DNA of 39,907 nt from Octopus bimaculoides (GCF_001194135.2 NC_068983.1:45404901-45444807); one strand, 5' to 3'. Counted from the stretch's first letter, positions 1 through 12,750 are shown. The notes: generated by a model not told the origin, from the sequence alone. Program-made: numbers and translations.

Positions 1-6
1 TATATA

Positions 7-130
7 CAAGGTGTCCACAAAATCTGGGTACCTGAAGTAAATAAAATCATAACATAAGCAATTAAATATGAGAGATAATGATTTCTTAAAGTATGTGTTA
101 ATCCCCATGTACCCAGACTTTGTGGACACC

Positions 131-133
<3 letters not shown>
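7..133. mobile_element. Tc1/mariner-type MITE, 127 bp
   Basis: 25-bp terminal inverted repeats: CAAGGTGTCCACAAAATCTGGGTAC (7-31) versus the reverse complement of 109-133, CAGGGTGTCCACAAAGTCTGGGTAC (2 mismatches). Flanked by TA at 5-6 and 134-135. Confidence 0.85.
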
Positions 134-165
<32 letters not shown>

Positions 166-399
166 ATCAAATGTACATGATTATGTTTGTGTGTGTGTTG
201 AAAAGCAACGGTTTCCAGGCAGACTGACGGTCTCCTTCCTTCGGCAAAACCTGTGTTTCACAGTATAAATGTCAAGTTACTTAAGTTTGTATGGCCTTGT
301 GAGTTTTGAGTTCTGAGAAAAAGCAATTTTTACTTCTTGTTACCTGAGAGATCGGACACATTAGAAAACAACAGGAAGTAGTTTGTGGTTGTATCGTTC

Positions 400-2400
400 A
401 CATGCGCGAGGCGGAAGTGGTAGAAGGATTGGAAAGAAAATAAGGGAGAAAAACGCGGGGTGAAAGAACTGCAAGAACAAATGGCGTACTTCAGCTTTAT
501 ATTTAAGAGATGAGGAATCATGTACATTATTTACATTAATTACATTCGACCGATATATGTCCTCATCCTGTTTGTTGTTAACACAACGTTTCGGCTACAA
601 ACAAGATGAGAACAAATATCCGTCCAATGTAAATAATGTAAATAATGTAAAGAATGTAAAAACATGGCATACTTATCTTTCGGATCACCTAGGATGCTCT
701 TGGACATCGATGATATAACATCCCCCGTCGGCATCCAACAACAGGCTCTCTTCTGCCTGCCCTAGTTTTGACGTTAACCCACAAAGCCTCGCAGTATCGC
801 AGTATTGCAGCACATTTTAATGAATTTGCTGTAGGCAGGCTGTAGGTGTACCCGCACTATGTTATATTAATCATTTCTTGTCGACAACTAAGTTGTCAAC
901 TATAACAGAAGTTTCTGTACTGATGCCAGGAACGCCCGATCAACTCTCCGATCCAGTGCTGCGTGGATCAACACTCGCGTCACTCCGAAGAAAAATGCCC
1001 TCAGTCATTGGTTTCCCGCCTGACTTCAGATCGACTGTCAGATCCAAGTTCTACCTGTCCAAAAGGCTCATGCCAAGTTGAGTAAGAGCGATGCGCATCC
1101 ACTTTCTTACATTAAGATACTAAGTAAGGTGTTCTATGTTTTAACCAGACACCTTGTTTCACACAACATGAATATTCTATCCAGTGTAGTGCGGAGATGT
1201 TAGGTAACACCATTTGATGAAATTGGAAGTGAACAAACTACGCTTCCGGCAAACGTGGGTTAGTCTCTCTTTAAATGTAGACGGCCAGCGAGACTACATT
1301 ATTTGTTATTCTATCATACTCATATTAACACAAAACTTTACGCAATTAGGGCATAACGCCCTCTCTACATGACCTGCACATGTCTCAAGTTTAATCACAT
1401 GGAATATCCACCAGTTCCGAACTAGTGTGTCACCATTCAGAGCAATAAAGTCTCCAATACCTATGACTTGCATCAGCTGATATGTTTCTGCTCTGCTTCC
1501 TTGCTCCATAGCGGCGCATGAAATCTCTACCCTCGAGTTTGACCGTTAACGATCTGATAAACACATTCTGAAACAAATCTAATTCATGCTTGGAATTGGT
1601 ATCTACCAAAAACAAATTTGATTGAAAGTCTACAATAAGCGTTTCTGAACACCACTCGTTGCCATGTTGCCTTAGCTTGGATCGCTTCTTTGGCATACAT
1701 CCCTCAATAATATCATCAAAGAGAACTTCGATGCAACCGGTTTTATATCGAAACCTGGGAATAGTAGAATTAGAAGAATGTAGTGTAAAATGATCGGGCG
1801 GCTTTACACTCTTCCCGTTCTCAAATCCATGCAGCATTCTGCAGCAGTATACTCTGCAATGGTGATGTGATGAAATGGACGTAGATCTACGTTTCATCGC
1901 CTGAGAGGCAGATATCTGCAATCTGGTAAAGTGTCGTATGCTCACCGATAGTGTTTTATAGAAACTAAAACAGTGAAAATATTCGGCGTCAGAGGCTCCC
2001 AATCAACTTCCATCCTTCGTCTCTTTGAATTCGCATCTACTTAACGCCAACTTTCTAATAGACACCTTCCTAACAGATATCTTTCTAATACGCAATCTTT
2101 TTAAACACAATTCTTATACCATGAAATATTAAGAGTCCCGCCACAAAGAATGGCTTTTTCAGCACACATCGTTCTCGTGCAAAATTTGTATTTCGTCGTG
2201 AATTTATTCAAAACATACAAGTCTCACATTTACTCTTCGTTCTAGCACTTATCATATTCACTCAGTATTCATCTAAAGTAAATCTCATTCGATTTTTCAC
2301 TGTTTGTCTGTCTTTCTCCACTCTACATAGACAATCTTCGACTAAAACTTTTACCACTATAATCCTTTATAAAAGATTACCTTCATTTCTTCCTTCTGAG
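400..2400 (-). pseudogene. Heavily decayed Helitron RepHel remnant (Rep/HUH region and Rep-helicase linker)
   Basis: Frameshifted minus-strand translations give motifs in RepHel order: VEDCLCRVEKDR..LDEY (~2330-2270; cf VDxYxxVExxRL..LRxDxY), KPFFVAG (cf PSSFVGG), GWKLI (cf PKWPEI), RRIF (cf ARVF), KRRS/YVHFI (cf KRGLPHxHIL), ENGKSVKPPDHF, DFMRRY..RNISADA..YWRLY (cf DEIxxY..RYISxxEAxWRIF), and HSAG-PT..YCDTARLCGL (cf VRGPTS..TFxEAxxxGLL). Many stops and frameshifts; by-eye alignment; boundaries approximate. Confidence 0.55.
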
Positions 2401-2807
2401 GATGAAAAAGACCCCTACTTTATGCATAGCTTAAGTTCATTTGCAGAGAAATGTATCATATGCACATCGAATTCTTGAAGCAGCAGTAAGAGACATGCAG
2501 CACATCTCATTACTTCCATATTTCTTAAGATCAACTTTATTCTAACAACTTTATTGTAACAACGCAGCAATACTAGTTAAATAAACGAAGACTATGATCT
2601 AAACCCATACAAGTTGTTTTCCCGCTCTCCTTTATGCAGTTCAGTGATAAACCGCCAATATTCATTCATTGCTAGGCATCTATAACATCACTGCTTTTCG
2701 TTTTAGTCGCAGTTTAAACCAGAATTTAGGCGATAAGTCAACTTGAGTACTTACTGTGTATATCTATTACGTAACCTCATTATACGCAGTTTTACCTTAA
2801 CATACTC

Positions 2808-2873
2808 TCTCCTTCTCTCTCTGTCTCTGTCTGTCTGACTGTCTGTCTGTCTGTCTCTCGCTCTCTCTCTCTC

Positions 2874-2946
<73 letters not shown>
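2808..2946. repeat. Compound microsatellite (CT)n/(CTGT)n/(AT)n running into an N gap
   Basis: Read directly from the sequence. Confidence 0.95.
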
Positions 2947-3950
2947 NNNNNNNNNNNNNNNNNNNNNNNNNNNNNNNNNNNNNNNNNNNNNNNNNNNNNN
3001 NNNNNNNNNNNNNNNNNNNNNNNNNNNNNNNNNNNNNNNNNNNNNNNNNNNNNNNNNNNNNNNNNNNNNNNNNNNNNNNNNNNNNNNNNNNNNNNNNNNN
3101 NNNNNNNNNNNNNNNNNNNNNNNNNNNNNNNNNNNNNNNNNNNNNNNNNNNNNNNNNNNNNNNNNNNNNNNNNNNNNNNNNNNNNNNNNNNNNNNNNNNN
3201 NNNNNNNNNNNNNNNNNNNNNNNNNNNNNNNNNNNNNNNNNNNNNATATATATGTATATATACAGGCAGCACAGATACATTTACGTCTCTTGAGAAATAT
3301 GCAGAAATACTTCTCTGTATGTTGCTATGTTTATCTCAAGATATCTGTTATATAATGTGTGAAATATCGAATAATGAGTTTCTTCGAATAGCGAACATCA
3401 GCCACAACGAGGAAATTTGTGCCTGCGTAAGTACGCAATGAATTGTGGCAATAGCCATAAAAAATGTATGAAAACGTTATTAAGGAATTTCATTAAAGCA
3501 GCATGATCTCATAAAATGAATATACAAGAGTAAAAGATATAAAGCGATTTATGATTTCCTTTAAGCTTGCATGAACTAGTTAACATATCATTTGGCATGA
3601 AGTTAAAATGTCAGTAATTTGTCTGGTGACCGCGTTATATTTGTAGTCAAAACCTTTAACAATAAAATGGCCCGGTTCACCTCATTACAAATAAGTATTG
3701 CATCGTAGAAAAAGCTTATTGTTTCCGTGCCACAGCAAGTGACACTAAGTGATTTCTCGACTTGGTAGAAACATCTTAATGAGAAGTGCAGTTTGCCAGG
3801 TACGAACTTATTGGTTTCCCAATGCGTTTCACCTTTGTTGGCGGCCATAGCACAGTAAACTGGCGTGTTGAAGTCATTGTTGATTCCTTTGCAGTTTGGT
3901 ACCATAGACACAAGACTTCATCCTGCATGAAGCTACGATCATATGAGCGT

Positions 3951-3966
3951 TTGTGCGTGTGTGTTT

Positions 3967-4012
<46 letters not shown>
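3951..4012. repeat. (GT)n microsatellite
   Basis: Read directly from the sequence. Confidence 0.95.
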
Positions 4013-4014
<2 letters not shown>

Positions 4015-4090
4015 ATGCTTGTGCGTGCGTGGACATGTGTGTGTTAGCGTGGAAAGAGACACGACTTGAAGGTTATTACGACCCAGAACC

Positions 4091-4240
4091 TTTCTAGAAT
4101 TCAAATTCCACTTGAAAGGAACATGATTCCTTCGCCGAGGAAATACAAGAGAATATGACGAGACCGTTACTCAGTATCCTCCAAAAGGAGTTTCAGGAAT
4201 GCTTCCATCGAAGGAGATTAAATCCTGGATTAATATGTGC
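4091..4240 (+). pseudogene. Mariner transposase C-terminal fragment
   Basis: Translates, with one frameshift, to FLEFKFHLKGT*F / AEEIQENMTRPLLSILQKEFQECF, resembling the mariner C-terminus FPKLKxxLKGxRF..EEIQENxTxxLxxIxxxEFQECF. Confidence 0.6.
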
Positions 4241-4367
4241 AGATACTTTAGTCTATCAGACCGCGGCGTATCTTACTATAATTACATATTCAAACCATGT
4301 AAAGCTCTCAGTAATTAAATAACTCTCTTAGCCGAACTAGTTTTACTGCCTTCGGTTCTGTCTGTCT

Positions 4368-4382
4368 ATATATATGTCTCTT

Positions 4383-4432
<50 letters not shown>

Positions 4433-4609
4433 TCTTTCACTCTCTCTTTCTCTCTCTCTTTCTCTCTCTCTCTATCTGGTTCCCCTTTCTCTCCTAATCT
4501 CTCTCAATTTAACTCACCCTGTTTCTTTTCATATTATATATATCTATATATATATATATATATATACACACACATGAACACACACACATAGTTATCTACA
4601 TACACTTAT
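4368..4609. repeat. Compound (CT)n/(AT)n/(CA)n microsatellite before an N gap
   Basis: Read directly from the sequence. Confidence 0.9.
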
Positions 4610-5734
4610 NNNNNNNNNNNNNNNNNNNNNNNNNNNNNNNNNNNNNNNNNNNNNNNNNNNNNNNNNNNNNNNNNNNNNNNNNNNNNNNNNNNNNNNNNNN
4701 NNNNNNNNNNNNNNNNNNNNNNNNNNNNNNNNNNNNNNNNNNNNNNNNNNNNNNNNNNNNNNNNNNNNNNNNNNNNNNNNNNNNNNNNNNNNNNNNNNNN
4801 NNNNNNNNNNNNNNNNNNNNNNNNNNNNNNNNNNNNNNNNNNNNNNNNNNNNNNNNNNNNNNNNNNNNNNNNNNNNNNNNNNNNNNNNNNNNNNNNNNNN
4901 NNNNNNNNNNNNNNNNNNNNNNNNNNNNNNNNNNNNNNNNNNNNNNNNNNNNNNNNNNNNNNNNNNNNNNNNNNNNNNNNNNNNNNNNNNNNNNNNNNNN
5001 NNNNNNNNNNNNNNNNNNNNNNNNNNNNNNNNNNNNNNNNNNNNNNNNNNNNNNNNNNNNNNNNNNNNNNNNNNNNNNNNNNNNNNNNNNNNNNNNNNNN
5101 NNNNNNNNNNNNNNNNNNNNNNNNNNNNNNNNNNNNNNNNNNNNNNNNNNNNNNNNNNNNNNNNNNNNNNNNNNNNNNNNNNNNNNNNNNNNNNNNNNNN
5201 NNNNNNNNNNNNNNNNNNNNNNNNNNNNNNNNNNNNNNNNNNNNNNNNNNNNNNNNNNNNNNNNNNNNNNNNNNNNNNNNNNNNNNNNNNNNNNNNNNNN
5301 NNNNNNNNNNNNNNNNNNNNATATATAGATATATAGATATGTATATGCGATGTATGTGTGTGTTTCAAATAAGAACTAAGAAGGAAAAGTGAAAATGTGT
5401 GTGTGTGTGTGTGTATCGTTAGTAAATCATAAATCTAAAAGAGAAGAACACTCTTAGTTGTAGAGCAGTAGATTGTTTAAATAAAGATAGTTATGGACGC
5501 TTCATAGGGTTACCCAAAACTTCGCATCCATAAAGCGCTTGGCGTTACATACGTCTCGTTAGATTAGGATCTTTATGGAAGCGAAACTCTCGCTAAACCT
5601 ATGAACTGGACATAACTATTTTTATCTAAACGCACACACACACAGACACACACACATACACACACATGTATGCATGTATGTATGTATGTATGTATATATA
5701 TATATATCTGTAAAAATATGTGACACTTATTCGG

Positions 5735-5808
5735 TAGCCATAATAAAACTCCGAGTTTCGGATGCCGGGGCGGAAACACACGCCGCCACCTCTTCAGTTA
5801 TCTGGCCA
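5735..5808 (-). ncRNA. Type I hammerhead ribozyme, canonical core
   Basis: Minus strand reads UGGCCAGAUAA-CUGAAGA-GG(27 nt)CC-GAAA-CU CGG AG-UU-UUAUU A UGGCUA. Core CUGAAGA is 5797-5791, GAAA is 5759-5756 and the GUU triplet is 5749-5747. Stem I is 11 bp with one bulged A. Stem III is A-U, C-G, U-A closing a CGG loop. Stem II is closed by two G-C pairs and contains a GGCGG/CCGCC helix. Confidence 0.75.
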
Positions 5809-6189
5809 TTGAAAAAAGTCCTATACATAGTCCTTTAGTTTTTCTGAGCCCTGTAAAAACAAATCGGAAGGTTGTGCCTCCAATTAGACCTTTTGCGACA
5901 TCCTTAAAGCCAAAATATTTTCAGCAATCATTGAGTTTAATTATTCATCCGTATTTGTGGTTTCTCCACGATTTTCACCGCAGTTACAAGCCTATTTATA
6001 TATGTACCCATCGTTGAGTAATTATTACATCAGTGGATCTGCTAGCTAGGAAACATATGAAGCCTGAATTACCTACACTGTTTCCTCAATTTGGATTATT
6101 ATTCATATTCACGTTATATATATGTATGGTTAGTGGTATATTCGCGTTTCATACAAATGAGTATAGAGGAAATAAGTAATCTTTATTTC

Positions 6190-8760
6190 CACAGACTCGA
6201 ATTTGGCGGCGACAGGTCAATGTAGGCAAGTACCGCAGGTGGCTACTTAGCGTCATTCTAGAGGCCAGGATTGACGGCAACATCTGGTACGATCTTTAAT
6301 GACCTGAGTATGCACCAACTTAAGCTGGTGCTGCAAAGTCTGGAAATCCCTTTAATCACCTTGGCCATCTACATTCTCATACAAACTCAGTTGCCTTAAT
6401 TATATCCTCCCACTGAGCGTATTTGTGCGAGAACGAGAGAGTGAGCCTGATGTACGCGCAGTCATTTTCCATTTGAATAAAAAAAATGCTAATCTAGTAT
6501 CTGTGTCTACTGTAATACTGCGTCATACGCAAATGACAGATTGCCACTAAGTATCAAATAGTCTCTTAAATATATTTGTAAAATAAGATTGTATGTGTCT
6601 ATTTGTCACTTTTTGGCCTTGACTTTCAAAAACAATTCATCAAGAAATAGAAGCTTTGCGTCTTTTGTAATGAAAGAAGAAGGTGTCCTAGAAATAAATA
6701 TCTTATTGTGTCATTCATTTGATTCGTCTCTCCCTTTCTTCTTTGATAGCCAGGTAACCTAGCTATTTGCCGTGGAGGAGACTAGTCTAGCCTGAAAGAT
6801 CGTACCTAGTTAAAGTTAAGTATCTAATATCATATCTATGCGAGGCCATTTTCCTTTTATCAACATATATATTTGCACATTTCTATATATTTAGCACATA
6901 CATTTATTTTTTTTCCATTTTCGTATATTTATATCTTTAGTGAGTGTATATCAAAGTTAAGCTTTGGTTTTCAATGCACCGCAATAAACTAAATACATGT
7001 AGTATACTAGAAAAAAATATTAAACTAAATCTGAATGTTGTTACATCAAAACATTACTTAGAGTAGATCATCGAGGCTTGATGGACCAAATGATATTTCA
7101 AATGCTTGCATTTGTAGCTATATTATAATTCAATCTACCTTTCCTTTAAGTCCTCTTATCTACAAAACTATAGTTTCAGAATTCATGGACCATTGTTTGC
7201 TCTTATGGGAATACACTGACACATAATACAAATTAATGTAAAGTAGTTGCGGGTTTTGAAATGTATCAAAAACAGTAGCACAGGCCAAAGTGATATTCAA
7301 TTCGAGGCTGAAAGAGTTGTTAAAAATACATTATGAAGAAGAATGTATTTGTAAAACTCCAAAGCTTGTAGTTTAATCAATCCGTTAGTTTAATTAAAGG
7401 AATTGATTAAACTAATGGAAGACGTCTTAAGAAAGAGGTCTTCTACATGCACTAATTCAGATAATTTTAGGGCAAAAAAGGGCGGATGTAAATTTTATTA
7501 TGTTCGTTTCTGATGGGTTCTCCTGGCATTACCCCAAAACTTTTGGTAATTCTTTTGATGTATAATTCGCAAAGTTCTTGCAGCAATCCTTCTCTTAAAG
7601 TTGTATTATTCTAAAAAACAAATGTGATCCTACATCTCATTCAACTGTCTATACTCTAAATTCCATTGACTGGTATTCTGCTTGCAATATTTATGACAAC
7701 AGCAAACTAGCAAAAGAAATTGTTATTTTGTCTGTTGGAATGCATCTCCATAATTGTCGAGATATATTAATGAAGCTGTAAATGACGCACTTCGTAAACT
7801 TTTACAGAATGGCTTTCAGTGTCTGACAAGTCCAGGGTGTTTTGGTGCGACTTTGCACAGCATTTAATGTCTTAAAAACAATTGGCGGAGCTGCTTTCGT
7901 GAACATAGAATCCATTATTCGTTTTGGAAGTGAGTGAAGGTCCTGAAACTTTCACAAATATGCCACAAGAGAGTCAGTAACATTATAACTGGGCTGACTT
8001 TTGTTTTGAAAATAGGAATTGGAGGAAGGAAGGAATAAATAAATTCTAATGGCAAGACTGAATTACCAAACAGTGCTAGGGTTGTAACAAATTTACGCGA
8101 AATGGTGTGCTGCGTACATGGTGGGGGTGGTCGATCGAAGGGTGACGCTTTATTTGCAGGCGGCTTTTGAGTCTACTGGCTAAGTCTATATAAGGGGCAG
8201 TGGTGCCAAATTCAAGGGCTGCTCTTGGTGGCATACATTCTAGCTAGGCCACAGGAAATGGCATTTCTTTAAGAAAACTATTGTATTATGTAATCTTTAC
8301 AGAACAGGCAATGCTATCTACATAAAAGTTCGTAGTGTAGCCAACATCAACTCCTTAAACTCTCCCATGGATTAGGTTTTACGATGCAATCCACCATTAA
8401 TTTTCACTGATTCCTGTTTTATCGGGCAGTCCTCTTTCTTCCTTACCATTTCTGGTGTTGGGTCAAATAATGTGGAAATTATCAATATATTTGATGGAAA
8501 TAGTCATTTAAAAAGGTATTGATTTTGGCGATAAGGAAAACAGTTCGTACAACCACACCACGGAGTTCTTGAACAGCCGTAACTTTTGTGAAGTGTACCC
8601 ATCTGTATTATTGACAACAGAAAAAGTGTGGAACGACGTGTCATGATGCCATTGCGATATTCAAGCGAAACTTACAAACTTGGCAACAGAACAAAAGTTA
8701 AAATTTCGAATAAAATATCTGCACGAACGCATGAATGAAGGCCACAAAGTTACAAAATGA
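6190..8760 (+). pseudogene. Decayed Helitron RepHel remnant (end of Rep through PIF1-like helicase)
   Basis: Collinear motifs: SLKYICK (6562-6582; cf SIKYICKY), LLLWEY, DGFSWHYPKTF (Walker A-like DGxGGTGKTF), SHST..SACNIYDNSKLAK, VCWNASP*LSRYINEAVNDALRKLLQN (~7732-7810; cf IIWDEAPM..EAVDRxLRDIMQN), FWK*VKVLKLSQ, VLKIGIG..GKTELP, TTEFLNS (8557-8577) and VMMPLRY..LGNRTKV. Evidence is strongest for 7480-8720; upstream boundary uncertain. Confidence 0.7.
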
Positions 8761-9127
8761 ATGTATGTCATTTAAGTAATCTCATAAGAGAGTTCAAACG
8801 TTTAGCCTTACGCGATTACAGCTTGTAGTTTGAGTAATTTCCTCAATGAAAGTCAATAAATCACAGGGATTATATTTGAATAAAATGAACAGCTACACAA
8901 CTGAATTTATCCAAGTGTTGAATTAATACTGCGTAAAATATGCCTATTTTTCATAACTGAAATACAGCAAATCTCTAGTTTAGCAGAGCGCAGTTTAATG
9001 TTTATCGGATTTACCGATATAGTACTACCGTTACAGTCACAGGAAAATGCACATCTGATAAGCTATCAAAATAAAAGTAAAAATTATAATTGTTCATGAT
9101 AATAAATTTTACATTACATCGTGATTA

Positions 9128-9215
9128 GGTCCCACTGCGCACTAGATTGGGTGTCTTCCTCTATAGCTTGGGTTGACCAACGCCTTTTGAGTGAATTTAA
9201 TAGATGGAAACTGTG
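9128..9215 (+). mobile_element. Degenerate internal fragment of the tRNA-derived SINE seen at 12440
   Basis: gtcccactgcg..gtgtcttcctctatagcttgggttgaccaacgccttttgagtgaattt..agatggaaactg aligns with 12496-12585. Confidence 0.6.
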
Positions 9216-9399
9216 TACCAGCTTCTCATAAAATGCATGAATGTATGTGTGAATGATGGTGGTGTGCTTACGTTTTTTTTTAAAATTCTTCTTTATTTGT
9301 TAAACTATTTTGTTGTTGTACTTATTAAGTATTAATCATCAATATGTACCTTCATCAACAACGATGCTAAATGCTACCAAGCAAAGCGACTGCGGAGCA

Positions 9400-9523
9400 G
9401 ACAGCCAGACAGACACACACATACACACACAAACACATATAATATATACACACGCGCACACACACACAAATACATATACTTATGTGTGTGTACATTCGTT
9501 GTGCGTAAGCCTGTGCATATATA

Positions 9524-9571
<48 letters not shown>

Positions 9572-9694
9572 CGTGTGTGTGTGTGTGTGTGTGTATGTGT
9601 GTGTCTATGTATATGTGTGTGTGTATTATATATGGATATGGATGTGTATATATGTATGTATATTTTTATATATGCCTGTGTATTTATATATATA
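9400..9694. repeat. Compound (CA)n/(TA)n/(GT)n microsatellite
   Basis: Read directly from the sequence. Confidence 0.9.
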
Positions 9695-10042
9695 NNNNNN
9701 NNNNNNNNNNNNNNNNNNNNNNNNNNNNNNNNNNNNNNNNNNNNNNNNNNNNNNNNNNNNNNNNNNNNNNNNNNNNNNNNNNNNNNNNNNNNNNNNNNNN
9801 NNNNNNNNNNNNNNNNNNNNNNNNNNNNNNNNNNNNNNNNNNNNNNNNNNNNNNNNNNNNNNNNNNNNNNNNNNNNNNNNNNNNNNNNNNNNNNNNNNNN
9901 NNNNNNNNNNNNNNNNNNNNNNNNNNNNNNNNNNNNNNNNNNNNNNNNNNNNNNNNNNNNNNNNNNNNNNNNNNNNNNNNNNNNNNNNNNNNNNNNNNNN
10001 NNNNNNNNNNNNNNNNNNNNNNNNNNNNNNNNNNNNNNNNNN

Positions 10043-10121
<79 letters not shown>
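10043..10121. repeat. (GA)n microsatellite
   Basis: Read directly from the sequence. Confidence 0.95.
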
Positions 10122-10124
<3 letters not shown>

Positions 10125-10684
10125 TAGAGAAGTGCAAGTAAGAGGAAATGAGGGAATGAGAGACCTTGATGAAGAGAAACATATCTCTTAATTTCTTCGT
10201 CATGGTTTTACACTTGAAAACCTGATAACGCCTGCACTTGAAATAAGAAATAATAAAATAAAAAATGAAATAAGATAAGAAGTATACAGAATTTGAAGAG
10301 ACGCAGAAAATATAAATAAAATGAAATGGAAGGCTCTGAGTCACAATGTAGAGACTATGTTTATTCATTGTTTACATATAAGAAATGTGTAGAAGGAAAC
10401 GGAGGGAGAAAGGTTTGAGATGAGAGATGGGGAAACAGACGGTGAGAGAGAGAAAGAGAAGAGGTGTATGTTGTGGAGCGAGAGTTGAGGAAGAAAGTCG
10501 AAACTTGTACAGTGAAAAACAGAGGGATAGAGAATGTATATGTGTGTGAGAGAGAGTATGTGGGGAAATACTAGCATCCGCACGCACACATCAGCAGATC
10601 TATCCATTCACATACACGCACCCATCTATGTTTGTATGTATAAATGTATCAATCCCTCCCACTCTCCCTCTTCGCATACGTAAA

Positions 10685-10789
10685 TACATACATAGATACA
10701 TGTACACACACACATATATATATATATATACATATTTATATATATAAATGCCTATACATGTACACATACATATATACATGCATTCACAT

Positions 10790-10859
<70 letters not shown>

Positions 10860-10897
10860 GCATGTACATGTGCACATACAGTTATGCATGCATTTGC

Positions 10898-10928
<31 letters not shown>
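10685..10928. repeat. Compound (CA)n/(TA)n microsatellite
   Basis: Read directly from the sequence. Confidence 0.9.
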
Positions 10929-12439
10929 NNNNNNNNNNNNNNNNNNNNNNNNNNNNNNNNNNNNNNNNNNNNNNNNNNNNNNNNNNNNNNNNNNNNNNNN
11001 NNNNNNNNNNNNNNNNNNNNNNNNNNNNNNNNNNNNNNNNNNNNNNNNNNNNNNNNNNNNNNNNNNNNNNNNNNNNNNNNNNNNNNNNNNNNNNNNNNNN
11101 NNNNNNNNNNNNNNNNNNNNNNNNNNNNNNNNNNNNNNNNNNNNNNNNNNNNNNNNNNNNNNNNNNNNNNNNNNNNNNNNNNNNNNNNNNNNNNNNNNNN
11201 NNNNNNNNNNNNNNNNNNNNNNNNNNNNNNNNNNNNNNNNNNNNNNNNNNNNNNNNNNNNNNNNNNNNNNNNNNNNNNNNNNNNNNNNNNNNNNNNNNNN
11301 NNNNNNNNNNNNNNNNNNNNNNNNNNNNNNNNNNNNNNNNNNNNNNNNNNNNNNNNNNNNNNNNNNNNNNNNNNNNNNNNNNNNNNNNNNNNNNNNNNNN
11401 NNNNNNNNNNNNNNNNNNNNNNNNNNNNNNNNNNNNNNNNNNNNNNNNNNNNNNNNNNNNNNNNNNNNNNNNNNNNNNNNNNNNNNNNNNNNNNNNNNNN
11501 NNNNNNNNNNNNNNNNNNNNNNNNNNNNNNNNNNNNNNNNNNNNNNNNNNNNNNNNNNTATATATATATATATATATACGTGTGTATGTATAGATGTAAG
11601 TATGTGTGTGTGTGTGTGTGTGTGTGTGTTTAGAGAGAAAAAAAGAGAGACTGACTGAATAGGTGAGTGAGCAAAAGAGAGTTGTATAAGAGAGGGACAT
11701 AAAGCGGGAAGGAGGAAAAGAGAGAAAGAAACACTTATGTCATTCATTGCATTAGCGCTGTTTTCACACTAAGATAAGTAGAATTCTGTGATTCTTTCGA
11801 GTGTTTCCTCATTCATATTAACTAACAACACAGCCATAGCTGTCTGCCTATAGAAAAATATACACTGTTATCATACATACATGTAAGACTGCGCATGTAA
11901 ACACACATATATACATAGAGACGGAAACACATGCGTATACGCATATATATATATATATACATAAAGAGATATATTCATAGAAATATATTTTGCTTCAGAG
12001 CAGACATATATAGACACACCCATATAGGAAAAAGAATAATAAATAACATGCACGCAGGCACATACAGATGTACACACAACCTCATAGGAAATATAAGTAA
12101 CACGGTTATAATTGCGCGCACGCACACACACATTTAGACGCACAGACACATGCGCGCACATACACACACGCACAAACCCGTATACAAACGCTTCACAAAC
12201 ATACCCATAGGCGTACACATACGCTTAAGCATACACCCTAGCGTAAAAACGCTTACTGACACACACACACACACACAGACACACACACACAACCACACAC
12301 ACATACGCAAGCACATACATATGCGTACACATGCACGCGCACACAGTCATGAACATCTTGACGCATACATATATGCACACATACATCTACAACAAAACGC
12401 ACACATAAGGAGACCCGTATAAATAAAAGCCGTATAGAC

Positions 12440-12750
12440 GTAGGAGTGGCTGTGTGGTAAGTAGCTTGCTTACCAACCACATGGTTCCGGGTTCAGTCCC
12501 ACTACGTGGCACCTTGGGCAAGTGTCTTCTACTATAGCCTCGGGCCGACCAAAGCCTTGTGAGTGGATTTGGTAGACGGAAACTGAAAGAAGTCCGTCGT
12601 ATATATGTGTATATATGTATGTGTGTGTATATGTTTGCGTGTCTGTGTTTGTCCCCCCAACATCGCTTGACAACCGATTCTGGTGTGTTTACGTCCCCGT
12701 AACTTAGCGGTTCGGCAAAAGAGACGATAGAATAAGTACTAGGCTTACAA
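12440..12750 (+). mobile_element. tRNA-derived SINE (Octopus-type), truncated by a gap
   Basis: A-box-like TGGCTGTGTGG and B-box-like GGTTCAGTCCC, followed by CACCTTGGGCAAGTG, a body, an internal (TA/GT) tract and a tail. A near-identical inverted copy lies at 26098-26255. Confidence 0.85.

Noticed and set aside
960-1200. Plus-strand frame VLPVQK..HPLSYIKILSKV..LTRHLVSHN, resembling LINE RT domain 0-1
   Set aside because: No downstream RT motifs (DxxKAFD, PQG, YADD) follow, and the opposite strand fits a longer collinear Helitron series; probably coincidence.
3603-3911. 102-aa non-repetitive ORF
   Set aside because: No recognisable domain or splice structure, and its length is compatible with chance.
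12440-12520. tRNA-like A and B boxes here and at 14870-14960, 17662-17715 and 26190-26255
   Set aside because: No complete cloverleaf, and each continues into a repeated body; these are SINE heads, not tRNA genes.
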